This document shows, piece by piece, positions 1 to 9,912 of a stretch of 64,000 nucleotides of DNA. Where the stretch lies: the NCBI GenBank assembly GCA_965206645.1, contig CBDBKE010000004.1:1280001-1344000 (forward strand), given 5' to 3'. Position numbers and translations under genes: made by a program. Position 1 is the stretch's first letter. Each line of letters begins with the position of its first letter. Below the pieces are notes generated by a model. It saw only the letters and a program-made list of their open reading frames with translations. It was not told the origin of the DNA and searched no databases. This DNA comes from Terriglobia bacterium (GTDB taxonomy: Bacteria; Acidobacteriota; Terriglobia; JAJPHL01; JAPKYU01).

Positions 1-1
1 G

Positions 2-1177
2 CGCAAGCAGGACCTGATCTTTCGCCTCCTGCAGGCCCAGGCGGAAAAGGAAGGGTTGATCTTCGCCGAGGGCGTGTTGGAGATTTTGTCCGAAGGGTTC
101 GGCTTTCTCCGCAGCCCCGACTACAACTACTTGCCTGGCCCGGACGATATCTACGTTTCGCCCTCGCAGATTCGCCGCTTTGACCTGCGCACCGGTGACA
201 CCGTCAGCGGCCAGGTCCGCCCCCCGAAGGAGGCGGAAAAGTACTTTGCCTTGGTGAAGATCGAGGCGGTCAACTTCGAGTCGCCCGAAGAGACCCGCAA
301 CAAGATCTTCTTCGACAACCTGACCCCGCTGTATCCCAACGAGCAGGTCAAGCTGGAAACCACGCGGGAGAACCTCTCCTCGCGGGTGATGGACCTGCTG
401 ACCCCGCTGGGCAAGGGCCAGCGCGGGTTGATCGTCTCGCCGCCCCGCACCGGCAAGACCATGCTGCTGCAGTCGATCGCCAACTCCATCACCACCAACC
501 ATCCCGAGATCACCCTGATCGTGCTGCTGATTGACGAGCGGCCCGAGGAGGTCACCGACATGCAGCGCTCGGTCAAGGGCGAGGTCATCAGCTCGACCTT
601 TGATGAGCCCGCCACTCGCCACGTGCAGGTGACCGAGATGGTGATGGAGAAAGCCAAGCGGCTGGTGGAGCACAAGCGCGACGTGGTGATCCTGCTGGAC
701 TCCATCACCCGGCTGGCCCGCGCCTACAACACCATCGTGCCCCCCTCGGGCAAGGTGCTGTCGGGCGGCGTGGACTCCAACGCTCTACAGCGCCCCAAGC
801 GCTTCTTCGGCGCGGCCCGCAACATCGAGGAGGGTGGCTCGCTGACTATCATCGCCACCTCCCTGATCGACACCGGCAGCCGCATGGACGACGTGATCTT
901 TGAGGAGTTCAAGGGGACCGGCAACATGGAGGTGAACCTGGAGCGCAAGCTGGTGGACAAGCGCGTCTTCCCGGCCATCGACATCAACAAGAGCGGCACC
1001 CGCAAGGAGGAGCTGCTGCTTTCTAAGGACGATCTGAACCGGGTCTGGGTGCTGCGCAAGGTGCTCAACCCCTTGTCCCCGGTCGAGGCCATGGAACTGC
1101 TGCTGGACAAAATGGCCCGTACCAAATCCAACGCCGAGTTCCTGGGCTCCATGTCCAACGCCTCACGAGGGCAGTAG
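2..1177 (+). CDS. rho: Transcription termination factor Rho (5' part lies outside the window)
   Basis: Frame open from window start ([27 protein letters not shown]); [19 protein letters not shown]-loop [40 protein letters not shown]. Confidence 0.98.
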   Translation, partial: RKQDLIFRLLQAQAEKEGLIFAEGVLEILSEGFGFLRSPDYNYLPGPDDIYVSPSQIRRFDLRTGDTVSGQVRPPKEAEKYFALVKIEAVNFESPEETRNKIFFDNLTPLYPNEQVKLETTRENLSSRVMDLLTPLGKGQRGLIVSPPRTGKTMLLQSIANSITTNHPEITLIVLLIDERPEEVTDMQRSVKGEVISSTFDEPATRHVQVTEMVMEKAKRLVEHKRDVVILLDSITRLARAYNTIVPPSGKVLSGGVDSNALQRPKRFFGAARNIEEGGSLTIIATSLIDTGSRMDDVIFEEFKGTGNMEVNLERKLVDKRVFPAIDINKSGTRKEELLLSKDDLNRVWVLRKVLNPLSPVEAMELLLDKMARTKSNAEFLGSMSNASRGQ

Positions 1178-1213
1178 GCGGTAGGCAGCCGGCAGTCAGA
1201 ACAGTCCCTCTAA

Positions 1214-2260
1214 CTACTGCCAGCTGGACCGTCGCCCCAGCTTGCGCATGGCGGGGCTCGCTGCTTCCAGCAACGCCATACGGACTTCTTCCGCCCCGGG
1301 TGCTGCGGTTCCGACATGAGCCACGGCCCAGCTGGCGGCGCAGTTGGCGATGCGGGCCGCGTCCGCCATGCTGGCTCCGGCAGCATAGGCCAGCGCCAGT
1401 GCAGCGATCACTGTGTCCCCTGCCCCGGTTACGTCATAGACCTCCCGGGCCTGGGCGGTGATGACGTGCACGCCCCCGCCCCGTTCGAACAGGGTCATGC
1501 CGCGCTCTCCCTGAGTGATCAATACGTAAGGGCAGCCCAACGTTTCCAGCAAACGTTCCCCAGCCCTCCTCAATAAGCCTTCTGTGCTGATCTGCACGCC
1601 CGCCATCTGCTCCGCTTCACTTTCGTTGGGGGTAATGACGGTCAGGGGCCGGTAGCTGAGCGGATGGCGAGGGCGGGGGTCCAGAAACACCGGCACCCCG
1701 TCTGATTCCAGGGCCGGCAGCACCTCCCCCAGCAGTTCCGGCGTGAGGGTGCCCTTATCGTAGTCAGACACGATCACGGCATGGAAGCTGGCAGCCTCGC
1801 GCAGCAAGCGCCGACCCAGGCGTCGCAACAGTGCAGGAGAGGCCGGGCTGCTGGTTTCGCGGTCGGAGCGCACCAACTGGTGCTTGCGGGCCACTTCAAT
1901 GAGGCGCGTCTTGACCGTGGTGTGGCGGCTGGCATCGGCCAGCAGACCTGTGGTGGGCACGCCCATTTTCCGCAGCAACGCGCGCACCCGCGTGCCTGCT
2001 TCGTCCCTCCCCAGAATGCCGAAGGGGACCGCACGGCCGCCCAGCGCCACGATGTTGGCCACCACGTTGCCCGCCCCACCCGGTGAGGCGGTCTGCTCGC
2101 TCACCTCCAGCACCGGGACGGGCGCCTCCGGGGAAACACGCGATACCCGCCCCCAGATAAACTCATCCAGCATGTAATCGCCCAGCACGCCGATTCGCCG
2201 CCCAGGAAACTGGGACAGGAATCGTGCCAAGCGTCTGGCATCGCTGATGGCGCGCTTCAT
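1214..2260 (-). CDS. rfaE1: D-glycero-beta-D-manno-heptose-7-phosphate kinase (RfaE/HldE kinase domain, PfkB family)
   Basis: GDYMLDEFIWG, RVSPEAPVPV, GGAGNV, SDYDKG, ITPNESE, VYDVTGAGDTV motifs. Confidence 0.92.
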   Translation of the reverse strand: MKRAISDARRLARFLSQFPGRRIGVLGDYMLDEFIWGRVSRVSPEAPVPVLEVSEQTASPGGAGNVVANIVALGGRAVPFGILGRDEAGTRVRALLRKMGVPTTGLLADASRHTTVKTRLIEVARKHQLVRSDRETSSPASPALLRRLGRRLLREAASFHAVIVSDYDKGTLTPELLGEVLPALESDGVPVFLDPRPRHPLSYRPLTVITPNESEAEQMAGVQISTEGLLRRAGERLLETLGCPYVLITQGERGMTLFERGGGVHVITAQAREVYDVTGAGDTVIAALALAYAAGASMADAARIANCAASWAVAHVGTAAPGAEEVRMALLEAASPAMRKLGRRSSWQ

Positions 2261-2488
2261 CAGGATGGCATTCTAGCAGGCACTCGAACACTCGGACACT
2301 ACGCTTTCGGCCACCGTGATTCCGGGGAGGCGAGACTGAGCACAGCAGAGGGGAAACCCAGATGGAGGTCCAATCCGTCAATAGCCGCCAGCCGGAGTAC
2401 AAGGGGTTTCCAACCGGCGCTTCTGGGGTCTAATATATGCGGGGCAGCAGATTGGCAGGGAACGTCGTCGTGCCCCTCTGGAGGATCT

Positions 2489-4522
2489 ATGGCTCAAGCG
2501 AGACCCGCGGTGAAGTCGGAAAGCGACCACGGCATAATCCCCAACAAGATGGTGATTGAGCTGTATCGCAAGATGATCACCGTCTTCTACATCGAGGAGC
2601 GGATGAAGATCTTCACGCGGCAGGGCAAGTGCACTTTCCTGGCCTCCACTCGCGGTCACGAGAAGCTGCAAGTGGGCATCGTCATGCTGATGCGGCCGCA
2701 GCACGACTGGTTCTTCACCTACTACCGGGAGAAGGCGATCGCGGTGGCGCTGGGGATGCCCATCAAGGACATCTTCCTTTGCATGCTGTCGCGGGCGGGC
2801 GATCCGAATTCCGGCGCCCGCAACATGCCCGAACATTTCTCCTCGCGAGAATTAAATCTGGTGTCGATGACCGCCTGCACAGGGACGCAATACTTGAACG
2901 CCGTCGGCGCCGCGAAGGCCCTGCGCCACCAGGGCTCCGATGCCGTTGTCTACGTGTCTTCGGGTGAGGGCACGACTAGCGAAGGGGAATTCTTTGAGGC
3001 GTTGAACTGGGCAGCGCGCGAGAAGCTGCCGGTGCTGTTTGTCATCCAGAACAACGGCTACGCCATCAGCGTCTCCTCCGCCACCCAGCACGTGGCTGAA
3101 ATGCACCGGATTGCTCGCGGCTTCGGCATGCCTACCTACGATCTGGACGGCACCTGGTACGAGCCAATGTATCAGACCCTGCCGCCTGTGCTGGAGCGCA
3201 TCCGCAAGGGCCAGGGACCGGCTCTGATCGAGGGCGAGGTGATTCGCATCGACCCGCATTCCTCCTCCGATGACCAAAAGAAGTACCGCTCCGCGGAGGA
3301 GATAAGCGAGGCGGTCGAGCGCGATCCGATCGTGCAAACGGAGAGATACCTGGTCAAGCGAAAGATCTTTACCCAGCAGCAACTGCAGGAAATCCGCTCC
3401 GAAATTGAGGTGGAAGTGAAGCAGGCTGCTGAAGAAGCCGACCAGGCGCCGGAACCTGACCCGGCCATCGCGACCCTCCACATCTACGATACACCGGGCC
3501 CGTTTTTCGAAGAGAAACCACCGCGCTACCTCTCCGACCAGTCGGTGAGCATGATAGATGCCATCAACCACGCGCTGCACGAAGAAACCGAGCGCAACCC
3601 GAAGATCGTCATGTGGGGCGAGGACATTGCCGACCCCAAAGGCGGCGTCTTCGGCGTGACGAAAGGCCTGTCCACGAAGCATCCAGATCGAGTCCAGAAT
3701 TCGGCGCTGGCCGAGGCCAGCATCTGTGGCATCGCCGCCGGGGCGGCGATCGCCGGCTATAAGCCCATCGTCGAAATCCAGTTTGCCGACTACATCTGGC
3801 CGGGCTTCCTGCAACTTCGCGACGAAATTCCCACCGTCCGCTGGCGCAGCGATAATGCATGGACCTGTCCGGTGGTCGTCCGGGTGGCCTGCGGCGGCTA
3901 CATCAAGGGTGGGCCATGGCACTCCACCAATATTGAGGCCATTTTCGCCCATACCCCGGGGTGGTACGTCGTGTACCCGAGCTGCGCTGAGGACGCCAAG
4001 GGCCTGCTGAAAACAGCCGCCCGCTCGAACGACCCGGTGCTGTTCCTCGAGCACAAAGGACTCTACCGGCGCATGCAGGCCCGGACGCCGGAGCCCGACG
4101 CCGATTACCTGATCCCCTTCGGCAAGGCGCGCATTCGACGTCCAGGCAGCGACCTGACCGTCATCACTTGGGGGAGCACCGTCTACCTGGCGCTGGAAGT
4201 GGCTGAACTTGTGGCCGCGCAAGGCAAGTCGATCGAGGTTATTGACCTGCGAACCATCATTCCCTGGGACCAGGAAGCAGTTTACGCCAGCGTGCGGAAA
4301 ACCAACCGCTTGCTGGTGGCGCACGAGGACTCCCTCACCATGGGTTTCGGAGCGGAGGTGGCAGCACGGGTGGCCGAAAACTGTTTCCACAGTTTGGACG
4401 CGCCGGTGATGCGTGTGGGGGCCGAGGATTCTTTTGTGCCCTCGGCAGCCACGATGGAAGCTGAGGTGTTGCCCTCGGCAGCTGACGTCCAGGCCGCCGT
4501 TGAAAAACTGCTGGCGCATTGA
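2489..4522 (+). CDS. Fused E1 alpha/beta subunit of a 2-oxoacid (probably branched-chain) dehydrogenase
   Basis: TPP motif GEGTTSEGEF...QNN, PHSSSDD, then beta half GEDI..KGGVFGVTKGL, EIQFADY, DPVLFLEHK; GGAGG RBS before ATG. Confidence 0.93.
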   Translation: MAQARPAVKSESDHGIIPNKMVIELYRKMITVFYIEERMKIFTRQGKCTFLASTRGHEKLQVGIVMLMRPQHDWFFTYYREKAIAVALGMPIKDIFLCMLSRAGDPNSGARNMPEHFSSRELNLVSMTACTGTQYLNAVGAAKALRHQGSDAVVYVSSGEGTTSEGEFFEALNWAAREKLPVLFVIQNNGYAISVSSATQHVAEMHRIARGFGMPTYDLDGTWYEPMYQTLPPVLERIRKGQGPALIEGEVIRIDPHSSSDDQKKYRSAEEISEAVERDPIVQTERYLVKRKIFTQQQLQEIRSEIEVEVKQAAEEADQAPEPDPAIATLHIYDTPGPFFEEKPPRYLSDQSVSMIDAINHALHEETERNPKIVMWGEDIADPKGGVFGVTKGLSTKHPDRVQNSALAEASICGIAAGAAIAGYKPIVEIQFADYIWPGFLQLRDEIPTVRWRSDNAWTCPVVVRVACGGYIKGGPWHSTNIEAIFAHTPGWYVVYPSCAEDAKGLLKTAARSNDPVLFLEHKGLYRRMQARTPEPDADYLIPFGKARIRRPGSDLTVITWGSTVYLALEVAELVAAQGKSIEVIDLRTIIPWDQEAVYASVRKTNRLLVAHEDSLTMGFGAEVAARVAENCFHSLDAPVMRVGAEDSFVPSAATMEAEVLPSAADVQAAVEKLLAH

Positions 4523-5196
4523 GCGCGCCTGCACAGGTTGGAAGACACTCCGATAAAAGGTCGGAATTGCCGGTGGCACAAAATTCCTTTGGGCTAAACC
4601 GCGAAGAATACTCTCTGTTGCGGAGCCTGAAGACGCCGTCGCGCGTTCAGGAGTTTCTGGAGTTCCAGGTCCATTACAACAAGGAGAGCGGCGGGCCCAC
4701 CTGCCGCTCGCCTCGCCGGGTGTTGCGCGACCGCCTGGCGCAGTGCTTCGAAGGAGCCCTGTTCGCCGCTGGTGCTCTGCGCGTCCTGGGCTTTTCGCCG
4801 CTGCTGCTGGACCTGGAAGCGGTGCGAGACGACGACCACGTCCTGGCGCTGTTCCGGCACCGCGGTTGCTGGGGCGCCGTGGGCAAGTCCAATTACGCCG
4901 GACTGCGGTTCCGCGAGCCGGTTTATCGCGCTCTGCGCGAACTGGCGATCTCCTACTTCGAGCACTATTACAACCTCAAGGGGGAGAAAACGCTGCGCAC
5001 CTTTTCCACCCGGCCCGTGAATCTGGCGCGCTTTGATCGCATCTCGTGGATGACCACCGAGCAGGATCTGTGGATCATCGGTGATCACCTGGGCCAGGTC
5101 TCCCACAGCCCGCTGCTGAGGCCGGCCATGATTCGCGGGCTGTCGCGCCTGGACCGAAGATCGTTTCGGGCGGGCCTGACGGGCACCGTCAAGTAA
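4519..5196 (+). CDS. Conserved hypothetical protein, transglutaminase-like (Cys/His candidates CFEGA, DDDHV)
   Basis: 225-aa ORF overlapping previous stop; TCRSPRRVL, KSNYAGLRFREPVY resemble a recurrent uncharacterised family; start uncertain. Confidence 0.65.
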   Translation: MSAPAQVGRHSDKRSELPVAQNSFGLNREEYSLLRSLKTPSRVQEFLEFQVHYNKESGGPTCRSPRRVLRDRLAQCFEGALFAAGALRVLGFSPLLLDLEAVRDDDHVLALFRHRGCWGAVGKSNYAGLRFREPVYRALRELAISYFEHYYNLKGEKTLRTFSTRPVNLARFDRISWMTTEQDLWIIGDHLGQVSHSPLLRPAMIRGLSRLDRRSFRAGLTGTVK

Positions 5197-5228
5197 TCTA
5201 GATGCGGCAGCCATCGTCACCCACCAGC

Positions 5229-5247
5229 GGCAATTGGCGCAATTGCC
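5229..5247. promoter_or_regulatory. Palindrome GGCAATTG-gcg-CAATTGCC upstream of the MBL hydrolase (operator or terminator candidate)
   Basis: Perfect 8-bp inverted repeat in intergenic DNA; function not established. Confidence 0.3.
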
Positions 5248-5304
5248 TTAGCACAGCGGTTTTGCTCAACATGCATCAATTTTTACTAAGCGGAAGCTAA
5301 CCAA

Positions 5305-6354
5305 ATGACGGAGAAGGGAAAAACCATGACCAAACCATTGAACCTCGCAACTGGGACTATCAGCAAGATCGGCACGATAGGCTTAATCCTCCTACTGATC
5401 GTATTGGCATTACCCTTGGTTGCCCAAGAGCAAAGGAGCCTTCGGGGACCAGAAGGCTTCATCCCGCCGCCGATCCATCCGGCCGGCGCAGAACTTGAAA
5501 CAAAACTGCTGGCACCGGGCGTCTACGGCCTGCTCTCGACCAAACCGTTCGTGGATAACAGTGGGTTCATCGTTGGGGAACGGGGCGTGTTAGTGATTGA
5601 TGCCCACATCAACAGGGAGATGGCAGGGAAGATCCAGGCGGCAGTCCGCCACGTGACCGACAAGCCGATTCTTTATCTGGTCAACACCAACTACCACGGC
5701 GACCACACCTTCGGGAACTACGCCTTCCCCGACAACACGGTGATCGTGGCCCATCGCGAGACGGCCGAGCGTATGCGCAACTTCGAGGAAGAACAACAGT
5801 TCCTGTTGGCCACTGTAAACAACGATCCAACGGTCTACGCCGACGCGCGCTTGCGTTTGCCCGCTGTGGTCTTTGACGACTACCTGCGGCTCGACTTGGG
5901 CGGCCGCGAAGTGGAACTCTATCACTTCGGCCATGGCAACACACCGGGCGATACCGTGATCTACGTCCCGGAAGCGCGAGTTGCTTGGACCGGCAACCTA
6001 GTGGTGGGCGAAGGAATCATCCCTTTCTTGCTTGAGGGTAAACCGCGCGCCTACCTGCAAACCATTGCCCGCTTTGCTGAGACTCTCGCGGTCGAGCGCA
6101 TTATTCCCGGCCATGGCGCTCCCACCTCCGGTCGGATTCTCGGACGTTACCTGAGCTATCTGACCGAACTTCTCCAGTCGGTGCAAGACGCTGTACAGGC
6201 CGGGCAAAGCCTCAAGCAAACGCTGGCTGGTCTGCCACTGGAAGCGAAGTACCGCCCGCCGGCCGATGCAGGTCTGGCACAAGTCGATCGCCTACTCGCA
6301 GGTTTTCACCTCTGGAACGTGCAGAAAACCTACGCCGAATTCGATCAGCGCTAA
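5305..6354 (+). CDS. Secreted MBL-fold metallo-hydrolase (cyclase-like)
   Basis: Hydrophobic signal-like N-terminus; NSGFIVG..GVLVID, TNYHGDHTFGN (variant HxHxDH), GHGNTPGD, IIPGHG. Confidence 0.88.
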   Translation: MTEKGKTMTKPLNLATGTISKIGTIGLILLLIVLALPLVAQEQRSLRGPEGFIPPPIHPAGAELETKLLAPGVYGLLSTKPFVDNSGFIVGERGVLVIDAHINREMAGKIQAAVRHVTDKPILYLVNTNYHGDHTFGNYAFPDNTVIVAHRETAERMRNFEEEQQFLLATVNNDPTVYADARLRLPAVVFDDYLRLDLGGREVELYHFGHGNTPGDTVIYVPEARVAWTGNLVVGEGIIPFLLEGKPRAYLQTIARFAETLAVERIIPGHGAPTSGRILGRYLSYLTELLQSVQDAVQAGQSLKQTLAGLPLEAKYRPPADAGLAQVDRLLAGFHLWNVQKTYAEFDQR

Positions 6355-6454
6355 TCGCGCTTAACCACTTGCCGCTGTGAAAGTACAGGCAGTCTTGACT
6401 CCGGGCCGCGACCGTCAGAGAGCGGTCGCCAGAGCAGAATTCAGGAGGGAGCTT

Positions 6455-6877
6455 ATGATTCGACAGACGCCGAAACTGACGCACAAGGGGTCGCGGGCCA
6501 TCGTCGAGGCAGCGGAAGCCAAAGCCCGCCAAATCGGAGTCCCGCAGTGCATCGCCGTGGTGGATGAAGGCGGTCACCTGCTGGCCTTTTCCCGCATGGA
6601 CGGCGGCAAGATCTCCTCGGTGCGGGTGGCCCTTACCAAGGCCGTCTCGGCAGCGACGCGACGCTCGCCCACCGGGCCCATGCCCAGCGCCCAGGACGCC
6701 AGCGTGCTGCTGTCCATCGGTCTGCCCCTGGCCACTGGCGGCAGCATCACCCCGATCCGCGGTGGGCTGCCCATTGTGGTGGATGGCCAGGTGGTGGGCG
6801 GCATCGGCGTCAGCAGCGGCACCGAGGAGCAGGACGTGGAGTGCGCGGAGGCCGGCCTCGCCGCCCTAAAAGGCTGA
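6455..6877 (+). CDS. GlcG/HbpS family heme-binding protein
   Basis: IAVVDEGGHL, RMDG, A..KA.SA, GGLPI..DGQVVGGIGVS..EEQD; AGGAGG RBS before ATG at 6455. Confidence 0.9.
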   Translation: MIRQTPKLTHKGSRAIVEAAEAKARQIGVPQCIAVVDEGGHLLAFSRMDGGKISSVRVALTKAVSAATRRSPTGPMPSAQDASVLLSIGLPLATGGSITPIRGGLPIVVDGQVVGGIGVSSGTEEQDVECAEAGLAALKG

Positions 6878-6963
6878 ACCCGCCACCAGCCCCGCCCGGC
6901 GATCAGCACGGGTTGCGGAACTTTCTCAGTTCACGGATTCCCTGCGACCGCCCAGTGTGAGGT

Positions 6964-7347
6964 TTACTGCTGGGGTGTCAGCCAAGCCACCTGGTACGGT
7001 TCGAGCCTGCAGCGGAGGAAACCCTTCTCCGGCTGAGTACTCTCCCCACTGATAACATCCTTCCAGGCAGGACTCTTGCGGGGCAGGTCCGACTCGGGAA
7101 TCGCCACCTCCTCGATTCGGCCGGTGACGTTAGTCAAGGAAAGAACCAGGGAGCTTCGATCCGGCGACTGGCGGACCACGGCAAAGACGGATTCACTGGG
7201 CATCAGAACCTGCTGCGGCCCGTTTGGATGAAAGGCCCGGCAGCCAACCCGTTGTTCCGCCAGTTCACCAAAGCGCAACATGATCTTGTAGGGGAGAGAA
7301 GTCGAATCGCTCATGCTGGCAAAAAGACCCTCTTCCTCCATTGGCCG
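6964..7347 (-). pseudogene. C-terminal fragment of a GH13 sugar phosphorylase/alpha-amylase-like gene, cut at the IS3 end
   Basis: AFHPNGPQQVL, VFAVVR.SPD, LEPYQVAWL resemble the C-terminal beta domain of GH13 sugar phosphorylases; frame abuts the IS terminal repeat. Confidence 0.65.
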
Positions 7348-7385
7348 TGACCAGACCGATTTTTTGTACCAACCGTAGTGAGAGT

Positions 7386-8264
7386 TTACATCGCAGCCTG
7401 GGGCTGTGAAACTGGTTTCAGTGGCAGGGGAGGGCTATAGGCCCCCGGCGCCGGGGGCCTATAGCCGAGCGCCGAGTGCGGCCGCACCGTGTTGTATTGC
7501 ACCCTCCACTGTTCAATCACCACCTGTGCCTCCTTCAACGAGTAGAAGATCTCTCCATTCAGGCATTCGTCCCGCAGCTTCCCATTGAAACTCTCGCAGT
7601 ACCCGTTCTCCCAGGGACTGCCCGGTTCGATGTACAGTGTCCCGGTCCCTAGATTTGCCAACCACTGGCGCAGTTGTTTGGCGATGAACTCGGGACCATT
7701 GTCGGATCGAATCTGTTCCGGTATCCCTCGCCACAACATCACGTCCGACAACGCCTCAATGATTTGTTGGCTGCCCATCCTCCGCTCCACCCGGATCGCC
7801 AGGCATTCCCGCGTGTACTCATCCAGCAAGGTCAGCAGCCGCAGCGTTTTCCCCTCGTGCGTTCTGGCACTCATGAAGTCGTAGCTCCACACGTGGTTCG
7901 GTCGCTCCGGCCTCAGTCGTACACAGGAACCGTCGTTCAGCCACAGCCGTCCTCGCGGCCTTTGTTTTTGCGGCACTTTCAGCCCTTCCCGCCGCCAAAT
8001 CCGCTGCACCCGGTCCTTGCCCACTTCCCAGCCCGCACTCCGCAGCAACGCTGTGATCCTCCGGTAGCCATATCGCCCGTAGTTCGCTCCCAGGGCAATG
8101 ATCGCTCGGGTCAGAGCATCCTCGTCCACCCGATGAATCGGCTCGTATCGTTGTGTCCCTCGCCATTGCCCCAGCAGCCGGCAGGCATGCCGTTCCGACA
8201 ACCCGTGTTGCTCCCACGCACGCTCCACCGCACAACGCCGCCGCTCAGGGCTCAGAAGTTTCCC
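7386..8264 (-). CDS. IS3 transposase OrfB (DDE integrase core), -1 frame relative to OrfA
   Basis: YGYRRI, WSYDF, LDEYTRECL, SDNGPEF, PGSPWENGYCESFNG; slippery G-GGA-AAC at OrfA end (QGNF* / GKLLSP). Confidence 0.92.
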   Translation of the reverse strand, partial: GKLLSPERRRCAVERAWEQHGLSERHACRLLGQWRGTQRYEPIHRVDEDALTRAIIALGANYGRYGYRRITALLRSAGWEVGKDRVQRIWRREGLKVPQKQRPRGRLWLNDGSCVRLRPERPNHVWSYDFMSARTHEGKTLRLLTLLDEYTRECLAIRVERRMGSQQIIEALSDVMLWRGIPEQIRSDNGPEFIAKQLRQWLANLGTGTLYIEPGSPWENGYCESFNGKLRDECLNGEIFYSLKEAQVVIEQWRVQYNTVRPHSALGYRPPAPGAYSPPLPLKPVSQPQAAM

Positions 8265-8530
8265 TGTGCCACATCCCGCAGCACCTGCTTCTCCAGAGAA
8301 AGCTCCGCTACCAACCGCTTCAGCCGCGTGTTTTCCTTCTCCAACTCCTTTAGCCGTTTTGCCTGCACCACCTTCAGCCCGCCGTATTCCTTCCGCCACC
8401 GGTAGTAGGTTTGGGTGTGGATTCCAGCTTCTTTGCAGGCTTGGGGCGCAGTCTTCCCGTTCCCCATCTGCACTTCTATCTGCCGTAGCACCGCTACAAT
8501 CTGCTCCGGCTTGTAACTCCTTGTCGGCAT
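8252..8530 (-). CDS. IS3 transposase OrfA (HTH)
   Basis: YKPEQIV, QTYYRWRKEYGG, RLKELEKENTRLKRLVAELSL. Confidence 0.93.
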   Translation of the reverse strand: MPTRSYKPEQIVAVLRQIEVQMGNGKTAPQACKEAGIHTQTYYRWRKEYGGLKVVQAKRLKELEKENTRLKRLVAELSLEKQVLRDVAQGNF

Positions 8531-8597
8531 GACCTCACTTCCTCCTCAAGTGGATTCTCTCTCTTTCCACTTGGTACAAAAAGTGCCGGTCAGGTCA

Positions 8598-9066
8598 AGG
8601 TCCGGCTGTGGCTCACCATCATTGCCTATAATCTCGGCAACCTGTGGCGGCGACTGGTGCTGCCACAGAGAATCGGGAACTGGTCCCTGACGAGCTTGCA
8701 ACAGCGGTTGGTGAAAACGGGAGGACGGCTGGTGAAACATGCGCGATATTACTGGCTTTTGCTGGCCGAAGGGCACTTGAGCCGGAGGCTGTTCAGCAGC
8801 ATGCTGCGAACGATCTCGGCACTGCCGCTGCCAGACGGCTAGCGAACCGGGAGAGAGGGTAATTTTAGGTGCTCAGAAGTGGTCGGGCCGGATAAGTGTC
8901 AGCGGCGCGGCAGGCTGGGCAGGCGAAACCCGCACAGCGACTCCGAAGAACAGCCAAAATGTGCCGCACTACCACCTCAAAGAGGCCAGAGCTGTTTGCG
9001 GTTGACACGACAGGGTACGAGGCATAGCTTTTCGGGTGAAGAGGAAGCTCAAAATGGAAATTCCGG
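8598..9066 (+). mobile_element. IS1380-family remnant (3' end of transposase plus presumed right end)
   Basis: 8600-8842 reads VRLWLTIIAYNLGNLWRRLVLP..WSLTSLQQRLVKTGGRLVKHARYYWLLLAE, typical IS1380 C-terminus; presumed end AAAATGGAAATTCCGG at 9051-9066 coincides with truncation of the MFS gene. Confidence 0.8.
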
Positions 9067-9352
9067 TCAAGAGGAAGGAGCTGCGGCGGCCTCGGGAATC
9101 CGCCCAGACCCCGGTGGGAATCTCAAAGATGACCATGCTGGCTGTGTACACGCCATTGGCGATGAATACCTCGAAAATGTCGAGCTCGGCGCCGAGCAGC
9201 AGCAGTGTGTTGATGCCCCAGATGAGCGAGGCCGACAACGTGTATAGTCCCGTAATGACGAGATAGCTGCGAATCACGCTTGTGGGAGTCTGACCATTCT
9301 TGCTGTCATCCCTCCGCGGGTGACTCGTTTGTATCCGCTCCTGCTCGCTCAT
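9067..9352 (-). pseudogene. N-terminal fragment of an MFS transporter interrupted by the IS1380 remnant
   Basis: TM helices then motif A-like FEIPTGVWADSRGRRSSF; only ~95 aa precede the IS end. Confidence 0.8.
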
Positions 9353-9624
9353 TGCATTTCAATTCCGGCGAATCTGGTGGGATGTCTATGGAACTCCAAT
9401 GCGCGATTGGGATGCTCCCTGGTCTCGGCGAGCATCTTAGGACGTACTCGTAGGCCAGTCAACGAGGCATGAACTAAAACGCATCTCTTGATGCAGAAGA
9501 TCGAGGCGAAAGCTCGAAACCGTTCTGTTAATCCAATGTGCACAGGGCGCCCTCTCGGCAGATTTCACCCCCGCCTCGACCAGCGGACGCCCAGGCGGCA
9601 AGGCTTCGATGCTACTATAGGCCC

Positions 9625-9900
9625 ATGACCCCGATGGAAATCCTTTTGTTACTGGTCATCGCCGGTATCTGTGGAGCAATTGGCGAAGCCATCGCTGGGT
9701 TCAGCCACCTGGGCTGTCTGAGCTCGGTGGCGTTGGGCTTCATCGGCGCCCTGCTGGGCAGCTGGCTGACTCGCACCCTGGAGCTTCCAGAGATCTTTTC
9801 TCTCAAGATCGGTGAGATACGGTATCCCATTGTGTGGTCCATCGTCGGCGCCTCGTTATTTATTGCGGGCATCGGGCTATTCCGGCGGGGCCGCGATTAG
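9625..9900 (+). CDS. GlsB/YeaQ/YmgE family (transglycosylase-associated) small membrane protein
   Basis: IAGICGAIG, LGFIGALLG, WSIVGA; TGcTACTAT 6 nt before ATG (leaderless candidate). Confidence 0.82.
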   Translation: MTPMEILLLLVIAGICGAIGEAIAGFSHLGCLSSVALGFIGALLGSWLTRTLELPEIFSLKIGEIRYPIVWSIVGASLFIAGIGLFRRGRD

Positions 9901-9912
9901 AGGGAGTTGGGC

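Larger units (their letters stand above)
7348..8597 (-). mobile_element. IS3-family insertion sequence, 1250 bp
   Basis: 5'-TG...CA-3' imperfect terminal IRs (TGACCAGACCGATTTTTTGTACCAA vs TGACCTGACCGGCACTTTTTGTACCAA); orfA/orfB architecture; no target duplication seen. Confidence 0.93.

Noticed and set aside
2852-4579. Long antisense ORFs (e.g. 2852-4579, 25437-26651, 57080-58240, 59064-60098)
   Set aside because: Shadow frames of well-supported genes, expected from high-GC codon bias; no recognisable domains
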